From: an uncultured Clostridia bacterium
GTDB taxonomy: Bacteria > Bacillota > Clostridia > Oscillospirales > Oscillospiraceae
Reading direction: 5' to 3'
Assembly (NCBI GenBank): GCA_945864305.1
Contig: CAMBAJ010000002.1
Location: 1,091-65,090, forward strand
Length of the DNA: 64,000 nt
Notes under the pieces: model-generated
Database searches by the model: none
Told to the model about the DNA's origin: nothing
Seen by the model: only the letters and a program-made list of their open reading frames with translations
Shown: positions 57,030 to 64,000 of the stretch, piece after piece
Layout of the letters: each line of letters begins with the position of its first letter
Position numbering within the stretch: the stretch's first letter is position 1
Position numbers and translations under genes: made by a program

Positions 57030-58172
57030 TCATTCTTTTGTTGATGCTTTCTGTTCGGCGATGGCCATGCGGAACATGTCCTCGGTCTGCTCGATGGACC
57101 GCTCCAGGGCATATTGCTTGGCGTGCTCGGCATAGCGGCGCTCCATCTCCTCCCGCTCCTGGGGGTGCTCGATCCAGTAGTCGATCCGCTCCGCCAGGGC
57201 GTCCGTGTCCCCCGCAGGGAACAGGCTCCGCTCATCCAGGGCAAACTGGGGCGTGGCGGACCGGGGCGAATTGGCGATCACCGGCACCAGGCCGCAGGCA
57301 AAGGCCTCCATGCAGCTCATAGCCTCGATCTCCGCGTCGGAGGTATGGACGTACAGGTCCGCCATGTGCAGAATCTCAATCAGGCGGGAGGGCTCGTAGA
57401 ACTGCATGACGATGGGATTGGGCAGCTTTTCCGCCAGCTTGCGGTACTTCTTCTCCAGCGGTCCCTTACCCGCCAGGATGACCTGGATTTCCTTGGCGTG
57501 GCGGGACTTGGCGCAGGCCTCGATCAGCTCGTCCTGCCGCTTCTCGCCGGCGTAGCGGCCCACCATCAAAACGTTGAAATACCCCTGCATCCAGTCCTCC
57601 TTGGGCCGCTTGTCGTAGAAATACTCAGGGCTGATGCCGTTGGAGATCACATGGAGCTGGGCGGTGTAGCCGTGCTGGCGCAGCTGATTTGCGATCATAT
57701 TGCTGGGGCAGTGGATATGGGTGAAGCGGTTGAAGAAGGTATCCCGGAAGCCATGGTACAGCAGGTCATTTGCTTTCCGGCTGTTGCCCATGTGAAGGGT
57801 GAAAGTAATGTTCTCCGGCTGGCAGTGGAAGGCAGCCGTGTGGGGGATGCCCAACTTTTCCACATGCTTCAGGCCCATGACGGCCAGCGGGGACGGCATC
57901 ATGAAATGCACCACGTCCGCCCAGGCTGCCGCCTTCTCAAACACATGGCGGTTGGGGATCGCCAGACGCATGCCCTGGCTGGTGATGAGATGCTCCACCA
58001 CAGGGGGGAATTTCATCTGGCGGACTGCGTATTTATAATCGGTGTTCTTTCCGATGGCAATGACCCGCACCTCGTTGCCGTGTTCCTTCAGAGCCATGGC
58101 AAATCGGCGGGCGCTGATGGTTGTTCCATTGTTGGCGTCATCAAACTGGTCGATGACCAATACGATCTTCAT
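57030..58172 (-). CDS. GT4 glycosyltransferase (glycolipid synthase-like)
   Basis: NGTTISA, ISNGI, GRYAGEK and EIEAMSCMEA (ExxxxxxxE). Confidence 0.88.
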   Translation of the reverse strand: MKIVLVIDQFDDANNGTTISARRFAMALKEHGNEVRVIAIGKNTDYKYAVRQMKFPPVVEHLITSQGMRLAIPNRHVFEKAAAWADVVHFMMPSPLAVMGLKHVEKLGIPHTAAFHCQPENITFTLHMGNSRKANDLLYHGFRDTFFNRFTHIHCPSNMIANQLRQHGYTAQLHVISNGISPEYFYDKRPKEDWMQGYFNVLMVGRYAGEKRQDELIEACAKSRHAKEIQVILAGKGPLEKKYRKLAEKLPNPIVMQFYEPSRLIEILHMADLYVHTSDAEIEAMSCMEAFACGLVPVIANSPRSATPQFALDERSLFPAGDTDALAERIDYWIEHPQEREEMERRYAEHAKQYALERSIEQTEDMFRMAIAEQKASTKE

Positions 58173-58193
58173 GAACTCCCTCTCTTCCCCTGC

Positions 58194-58448
58194 TCAGTGC
58201 TTCGCCAGGGCCTGTTCCAGATTCCGCGCAAACTGATCCGGGCAGGAGGTGTCCTTAAAGCCGCAGCGGATTCCCTTCAGCCGTTTGATGGCCTCCTCCG
58301 CGGGCATTCCCTTGACCAGGGCGGAGATTCCCTGCAGATTGCCGCTGCAGCCGCCCAGGACCCGCATATCCCGGATAATGCCCTGGTCATCCACTTCCAC
58401 CTGCATCTCCTGGGAGCAGACGCCTCTGGGCCGGAATGTATATATCAC
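58194..58448 (-). CDS. TIGR03905-like TSCPD-domain protein
   Basis: GVCS, GGCSGNL and GIRCG..TSCPDQ. Confidence 0.85.
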   Translation of the reverse strand: MIYTFRPRGVCSQEMQVEVDDQGIIRDMRVLGGCSGNLQGISALVKGMPAEEAIKRLKGIRCGFKDTSCPDQFARNLEQALAKH

Positions 58449-58677
58449 GATGCTCTCTCCTCTTTCTCTTAAATAGTTTTCGGTTTAGAATACCATAAAA
58501 TCTTCAGAAAGACAAGTCCGCAAACCAATTGACCGCTTAAACCTGCAAACTGGTTGCTCCATGCACCTTTCGTGTGAAGAAGATTTCTCCGGTGCTCTCG
58601 TCCATATGGCCCAAGCCATAGTTCCTGGGCCAGAAGTCAAAGCAAAAGGACACGACTTTCGTCGTGTCCTTTATATT

Positions 58678-58753
58678 TGGTGGAGACGAAGAGGATCGAA
58701 CTCTCGACCTTACGGATGCGAACCGTACGCTCTCCCAGCTGAGCTACGCCCCC
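58678..58753 (-). tRNA. tRNA-Ala(CGC)
   Basis: GGGGGCGTAGCTCAG...CGTCTCCACCA; G3:U70 pair; anticodon loop TT-CGC-AT. Confidence 0.96.
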
Positions 58754-58841
58754 ATATGCAGCCAGCTCTCTGGCGGCAAGTGATATTATACCATAATTTT
58801 TCGGGTTGTAAAGTCTGATTTTTGAAAAACAAAAATTTTAG

Positions 58842-58870
58842 TTGCTTATTCATGAAGAGTGTAGTAAAAT
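58842..58870 (+). promoter_or_regulatory. sigma-A promoter for SRP RNA/dnaX
   Basis: TTGCTT-N17-TAAAAT. Confidence 0.7.
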
Positions 58871-58887
58871 AAACAAGCTAATTCAAA

Positions 58888-59026
58888 AGTCCTCCGCAAG
58901 CAGCTGCGGAGCCGGTCTCGCGCAATGGATGCCCGCGAATCATGTCAGGCGGGGAACCGAGCAGCATTAAGCGGGATGTTCTATGTGCCGCGAGGGCGCC
59001 GGTTCCGCAGCTGCGTACGGAGGACT
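58888..59026 (+). ncRNA. ffs: signal recognition particle RNA (small type)
   Basis: Long hairpin with helix-8 motif TCAGGCGG-GGAA-CCGAGCAGCA; conserved position upstream of dnaX. Confidence 0.9.
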
Positions 59027-59048
59027 CATTTTATCCGGGAGGCGCTCC

Positions 59049-60800
59049 ATGTACCAGGCCCTGTACCGCAAATGGCGGCCCAAGACATTTTCCGATGTCA
59101 TCGGCCAGTCCCATATCACGCAGACCCTGCAAAAGCAGGTAGCCGAGGGCCGGACTTCCCACGCCTACCTCTTCACCGGCACCCGGGGCACCGGCAAGAC
59201 CACCTGCGCCAAAATTTTGGCCAAGGCGGTCAACTGTGAGCACCCGGTGAACGGAGACCCCTGCTGCCAGTGCCCGTCCTGCCTCGGCATCGAGAACGGC
59301 AGCTTTCTGGATGTGCTGGAGCTGGACGCCGCCTCCAACAACGGCGTGGACCAGGTCCGGGCCCTCCGGGACGAGGCCATCTACTCCCCCGCCAATGTGA
59401 AAAAGCGGGTCTACATCGTGGACGAGGTCCACATGCTGTCCACGCCGGCCTTCAACGCCCTGCTGAAAATTCTGGAGGAGCCGCCGGAGCATCTGATGTT
59501 CATTCTGGCTACCACGGAGCTGCACAAGGTCCCCGCCACCATTCTCTCCCGGTGCCAGCGGTTTTCCTTCAAGCGCATCACGCCCCAGGATGTGGCGGCC
59601 CGGCTGACCTATGTGGCGGGACAGGAGGGCATCGACTTGACGCCCGACGGCGCGGAGATCCTCTCCCGGCTTGCGGACGGCGCCCTGCGGGACGGCCTGA
59701 GCCTGCTGGACCAGTGCGCCGCGGCGGGCGGGACCATCGACAGCGCTGCGGTACTGGACGTGCTGGGCCTGGCGGGAAATCTCCAGACGGCGCAATTGAT
59801 GGAACACATCCTGCAAAGGGACGCCCAGGCGGCGCTGCTGCTGCTGAACCAGCTGTACGCCGGCGGCAAGGACGTGGGGGCGGTACTGGGCGAGCTCAGC
59901 ACGCTGACCCGGGACCTGCTGCTGCGGAAGACCGCTCCGGAGGGCGGCGCGGCTCTGCTGTCCGGCGGATACGACTCCGCCACCCTGGACCGGCTGGGCA
60001 AGGGCGTGTCCGGCAACCGCTTCTTGTATCTGGCATCCACTTTGCAGAAGGCCACGGCCGATCTGTATTACAGCTCCAACCGCCGCACGGACGCGGAGCT
60101 GTGTCTGTTGAAGCTGTGTGACGAGTCCCTGTCCGGCGACCTGACGGCTCTGGAGGCCAGAGTCCAGCGGCTGGAGGAGGGCGCGGCAAGGGGCCAGGTG
60201 GTCCGCGCCGCCGTGGAACAGAGCGCGGCGGCAAAAGAGGCAGTCAGGCCCGCACCGGCAAAAAAGCCGAAGATAGAGGATACACCGCCCTGGGAGACGG
60301 CCCCGGCTGTCCGGGAGGAGGAACTGCCTCCCCTGCCGGAGGAACCGCCCATGCGGGAGGAGCCTGGCGAGCGGGTGTTCGATATCCCGGCAGAGGCGCC
60401 TCCGGCCCCCAGACAGCCGAAGGCGGCGCCCGCACCGGCGCCGGTGAAGCAGCCGTCCGCCCCCGCGCCGTCTGCTCCGGCGGTGGGCGGCAACTGGTGG
60501 CGGGCGCTGGCAGAGGGCTGCAAGGGCAGACTGCCGCCCATGTACCGGGCCTTTCTGGACATGTGCACCGGCGTCCTGGAGGGCGACCAGGTGACGGTCT
60601 ACGCTCCGGACGACATCACCGTGGGCCGGCTAGACAACGACCGGGTCAAGAGTGCGCTGGGCGAGGAGGCCGCCAAGGCCGCCGGCATGCCGGTGCGGCT
60701 GGTGTTCCGGGTGGGAGAGCCCCCCAAGGCCACCCCCCAGGAGAATTTGCAGAACCTCCTGAAATTCGGCAGACAGTTCGACAACATCGAGATCAAATAA
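59049..60800 (+). CDS. dnaX: DNA polymerase III subunit gamma/tau
   Basis: YQALYRKWRP, GTRGTGKT, DEVHML and SRC motifs. Confidence 0.97.
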   Translation: MYQALYRKWRPKTFSDVIGQSHITQTLQKQVAEGRTSHAYLFTGTRGTGKTTCAKILAKAVNCEHPVNGDPCCQCPSCLGIENGSFLDVLELDAASNNGVDQVRALRDEAIYSPANVKKRVYIVDEVHMLSTPAFNALLKILEEPPEHLMFILATTELHKVPATILSRCQRFSFKRITPQDVAARLTYVAGQEGIDLTPDGAEILSRLADGALRDGLSLLDQCAAAGGTIDSAAVLDVLGLAGNLQTAQLMEHILQRDAQAALLLLNQLYAGGKDVGAVLGELSTLTRDLLLRKTAPEGGAALLSGGYDSATLDRLGKGVSGNRFLYLASTLQKATADLYYSSNRRTDAELCLLKLCDESLSGDLTALEARVQRLEEGAARGQVVRAAVEQSAAAKEAVRPAPAKKPKIEDTPPWETAPAVREEELPPLPEEPPMREEPGERVFDIPAEAPPAPRQPKAAPAPAPVKQPSAPAPSAPAVGGNWWRALAEGCKGRLPPMYRAFLDMCTGVLEGDQVTVYAPDDITVGRLDNDRVKSALGEEAAKAAGMPVRLVFRVGEPPKATPQENLQNLLKFGRQFDNIEIK

Positions 60801-60825
60801 TCTATCAATAAAAGGAGACACAACT

Positions 60826-61194
60826 ATGGGATACAGTGCACGCCGTGGATTCAGCAACGGCAGTATGAGACCTACCGGCGCCCAGCGCCAGGCGGAGATG
60901 CAGCAGAAGATCGCGGAGATGCAGGCCGCCATGACCAACGCGCAGGAGACCGTGGAGGCACAGGAGTTCACCGCCAGCGTGGGCGGCGGTGTCGTGGAGG
61001 CCAAGGTCAACGGCAAAAAGGAAGTCCTGTCCGTCACCATCAAGCCCGAGGCCGTGGACCCGGAGGACGTGGAGATGCTCCAGGACCTGGTGGTCTCCGC
61101 CGTCAACGAGGCCCTGCGCCAGGCGGGAGACGCCATGGAGAAGAGCATGGACAGCGTGACCGGCGGCCTGAACCTCGGCGCCTTTGGACTTTAA
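60826..61194 (+). CDS. ybaB: YbaB/EbfC nucleoid-associated protein
   Basis: GGGVV and DPEDVEMLQDLV; follows dnaX. Confidence 0.92.
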   Translation: MGYSARRGFSNGSMRPTGAQRQAEMQQKIAEMQAAMTNAQETVEAQEFTASVGGGVVEAKVNGKKEVLSVTIKPEAVDPEDVEMLQDLVVSAVNEALRQAGDAMEKSMDSVTGGLNLGAFGL

Positions 61195-61274
61195 GATTTC
61201 CAGACAGCCCGCATGATGACATGCGGGCTGTTTTGCTAAACACAGGCGCGGATGGAGCCAAAGAGGAGAACGAG

Positions 61275-63053
61275 ATGAACAAGCGATTTTTAGCGGCCAT
61301 ACTGGCCTGTCTGCTTCTGACCGGCTGCGGCGCCCGGCGGACGGAGCCGCTCAGCGAAGAGCCCGCCGCCGGAGGGGAGCACATCGCCTATGTGCCCCTG
61401 GACGATCGGCCGGACAACGTGGAGCGGGTGGTGTATCTGGCGGAGTCCCTGGGATACACGCTGGACATGCCGGAGGCGGACCTGTACCGGACCCGGCTGG
61501 ACAGCCAGCCCCTCAACGAAAACGGGACCCAGTACGGGGACATGGCGGCGCTGTATGAATGGGTGCTGGACCGGGAGGCGACGGGGTGTGACCGGTACAT
61601 TCTGTCCCTGGACCAACTTCTCTCCGGCGGACTGGTGAACTCCCGGCACACGGCGGAGACGCTGACCGTGACCCTGTCCAACGGGACAGAGATGACGGAC
61701 ACGGAACTGCTGGAGAGCCTGATGGAGGCGCTGTCGGCGGACAGAAACAATCAGGTGTGGCTGCTGGACAGTGTCATGCGGCTGGCGCCCACTGTCGGGT
61801 ACGCGGGCTTTGGCGTCGAGGAGTACAACGCCCTGCGGAGCTACGGCATGGAGCCCCGCCCGGAGCTGACCGGAGCAGACCTGACGGTGGAGAACATCGT
61901 CGCGGACTACCGGCTGGGCGGCGGCGGAACGGCACTGGCCCCGGGGGACTTCGGCCTGATGGAGGAACAGGTGGACGATTATCTGGCCGCCCGGCAGCGG
62001 AAGCTGACGCTGACCGCCCAGATGCTGGAGACGCGGCAGAGGGCCGGTTACGGGAACTATCGGGTGCTCATCGGCATCGACGACTCCTCTGAAGAGGAAA
62101 GCATCCAGAAAAACGAGATCGCCTATCTGCGGAGCCAGCTGCGTGAGGGGGACGCCCTCCTCTCCGGCGTGGATGATCTGGCCTTCAAGGCGGTGGCGAA
62201 GCTGTATCTGGAGGAGCACGGCTGGCAGGGCGCCGCCGTGTCGGTGCGATACTTCGGCGGCACCGAGGACCAGCCCGCCTGCGCCTACGACTACCAGCCG
62301 CTGACAGCCATCGTAGCGGAGCACGCGGAATTTTTTGATCTCTCGCTGCATGACGGGGCGGACCCGGGCGAGATGCAGCTCCTGGTTCTGACCCAGCCCG
62401 CCGACGAGGCGGACAAGGGCCGGTACATGGACGCCCTGATCTCCGCGCTGAACGACTGTCGGAAGGATCACATCCCCACCATTCTGATCGACGCCAGCAA
62501 CGGCCGGTACGCAGCGTCCTACTATGAAAAGCTGACAAAGGAGACGGAGCTGGGATATCTGCTGAGCTACTCCGGCTTTCTGGACATGGCCATCGTCACC
62601 GGCACGGCGCTGAGCCACGGCGTGGCCCGGTACGCCTTCCTGCAGAGCGGCCAGCAGACGGAGGCCACGGAGCGGGCCTTTGTCCGGACGCTGGCGGACA
62701 GTGTCATCAAGGACTTCTGCTACAAGCACGTGGTGCGGGAGGACCTGTTGGCCTACATCCGGAACGACCTGGGGGCCAGCGCGGACAACTTCTGGAACCC
62801 GGACACCGACCGGGCGGCCATTTTGTCCCGGCTGGAGAGCGGCATGGACGCCGCGTCGGCGGACGTGCTCAAAAATCTGGAGCAGAGCAATTTTATCTCC
62901 TCGCTGGACCCCTATGAGGAGCGGGGTTGGGGCGGCGTCGCGCTGGAGAACTACCGTTTCCCCTGGGACCGGGCCTTTGAGATCGGCATGGACATCCGGC
63001 TGGGGGACTTCACGGAGCCGCACAAGGCGGTGTTGGGGTTCTATTATCAGTAA
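61275..63053 (+). CDS. DUF4127-like lipoprotein
   Basis: Lipobox LTGC; YVPLDDRP, GGLVNSR, IGIDD and FPWDRAFE. Confidence 0.75.
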   Translation: MNKRFLAAILACLLLTGCGARRTEPLSEEPAAGGEHIAYVPLDDRPDNVERVVYLAESLGYTLDMPEADLYRTRLDSQPLNENGTQYGDMAALYEWVLDREATGCDRYILSLDQLLSGGLVNSRHTAETLTVTLSNGTEMTDTELLESLMEALSADRNNQVWLLDSVMRLAPTVGYAGFGVEEYNALRSYGMEPRPELTGADLTVENIVADYRLGGGGTALAPGDFGLMEEQVDDYLAARQRKLTLTAQMLETRQRAGYGNYRVLIGIDDSSEEESIQKNEIAYLRSQLREGDALLSGVDDLAFKAVAKLYLEEHGWQGAAVSVRYFGGTEDQPACAYDYQPLTAIVAEHAEFFDLSLHDGADPGEMQLLVLTQPADEADKGRYMDALISALNDCRKDHIPTILIDASNGRYAASYYEKLTKETELGYLLSYSGFLDMAIVTGTALSHGVARYAFLQSGQQTEATERAFVRTLADSVIKDFCYKHVVREDLLAYIRNDLGASADNFWNPDTDRAAILSRLESGMDAASADVLKNLEQSNFISSLDPYEERGWGGVALENYRFPWDRAFEIGMDIRLGDFTEPHKAVLGFYYQ

Positions 63054-63116
63054 GGAGCCGCGTTTTTCAGGCAAAGTCACAAACAGAAGGCAGGCACTTT
63101 CGTGCCTGCCTTCTGT

Positions 63117-64000
63117 TTACTGCGCTCTGTGATGCTTCCGGTCACTCCCCTGTTTTCTCCGGCGGCGGACACATCTGACTATGAAGACAGCCAAAACCGC
63201 CAGCAACAGCAGCACACCCAGCACAAGCAGGGTCGGGGCGCCGGGATCTGCCAGCAGGGCTGCCGGATTCCAGCTGGCCGCCTCGGTCTTTCTGCTCTCC
63301 GGCGGCGTGACCGTCCCCTGCTCCTCCAGATAGGACGCCAGCGCGTACCAGGCCTTCAGCTCCGTGCCGCCCGCGTTCTTCACGATGCGGCTCTCCAGAT
63401 CGGTGACAGGCTCCCCATTCTCATCCCGGGGCGTCACCGTCAGAAGGCCCATGCTCTGGGCCTCCACCGCCCCCAGCATCTGGCCGCTGTACAGGTCCGC
63501 CACCACCCGGTAGAGGCGGTCGTCCTGGATAGCGGCCTCGCCGCCCTCCGGCAGCAGCTGCGCCGCGTCTGTCACCTTGTCCAGGATCATCCGGTGGGGG
63601 TTCCAGGTCCAGCGCATCCCCGCGCCGTACAGGGTCGCCGCCGGCATGAGGGCCGAGATGGAGGCGTCCACCTCGAAGGCGTTTTTCAGGTCCTCTCCGG
63701 TGAGATAAACCGACACCAGCGGATACGCCGGCGTGCCGTCGGCGCCGGAGCCCAGGGACAGAATGTCGAATGCCTGGGAGGTGGTCACCTGCCCCTTGCG
63801 CAGGCAGTCCCGGATGACGCCGGAGGGCGCCACCGCGAAGTCCACCGGCACATAGTCCGCCCCCTCCAGTCTCTGAATGGCGGCGATATAGGCGTCGCCG
63901 ATCAGGTTTCCGGTCTCCTCCAGCGTAAAGTCCTCCGCCGCATCCGCCAGGACCTGGTCATAGTCCAGCCCGTAGTCCGCCAGATAGGTCCCGTTCACCT
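63117..64000 (-). CDS. 5'-nucleotidase/metallophosphoesterase, C-terminal part (5' end outside the window)
   Basis: GNLIGDAY and GVIRD 5'-nucleotidase C-domain motifs; C-terminal TM. Confidence 0.75.
   Translation of the reverse strand, partial: VNGTYLADYGLDYDQVLADAAEDFTLEETGNLIGDAYIAAIQRLEGADYVPVDFAVAPSGVIRDCLRKGQVTTSQAFDILSLGSGADGTPAYPLVSVYLTGEDLKNAFEVDASISALMPAATLYGAGMRWTWNPHRMILDKVTDAAQLLPEGGEAAIQDDRLYRVVADLYSGQMLGAVEAQSMGLLTVTPRDENGEPVTDLESRIVKNAGGTELKAWYALASYLEEQGTVTPPESRKTEAASWNPAALLADPGAPTLLVLGVLLLLAVLAVFIVRCVRRRRKQGSDRKHHRAQ

Noticed and set aside
60826-61275. recR missing after dnaX-ybaB
   Set aside because: Probably ordinary rearrangement; absence from the genome cannot be judged from one window.

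Overview
Chromosomal window from a GC-rich, spore-forming Bacillota. An Oscillospiraceae-like organism is inferred from gene content and synteny, not tested. Most of the window is housekeeping and sporulation genes: cysE-cysS with a T-box, recA-recX-rimO-pgsA, prmC, three two-component systems, tRNA-Leu, tRNA-Ala, SRP RNA, dnaX-ybaB, spmAB, abrB, cwlJ/gerQ-like, yaaH/ydhD-like and apbE. The standout feature is a compact, ORF-intact ~15.2 kb minus-strand phage-like cluster (19119-34302). It encodes terminases, portal, protease, capsid, a minimal contractile tail and baseplate, and a lysis cassette. No integrase, repressor, replication genes, att sites, full-length tape measure or tail fibre were seen. 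A spore-cortex PdaA deacetylase sits inside it, and several sporulation-sigma-like promoter motifs are present. It is a candidate domesticated, sporulation-linked gene-transfer-agent-like particle. Other notable signals: an apparent ACG start for TerL, an apparent ATT start for a sensor kinase, two small multi-hairpin insertions flanked by 39-52 bp direct repeats, a LexA-like box heading the DUF1385-prmC-recA run, and a frameshift at the start of an XRE regulator. All product calls come from motif recognition and synteny; no database search was run.
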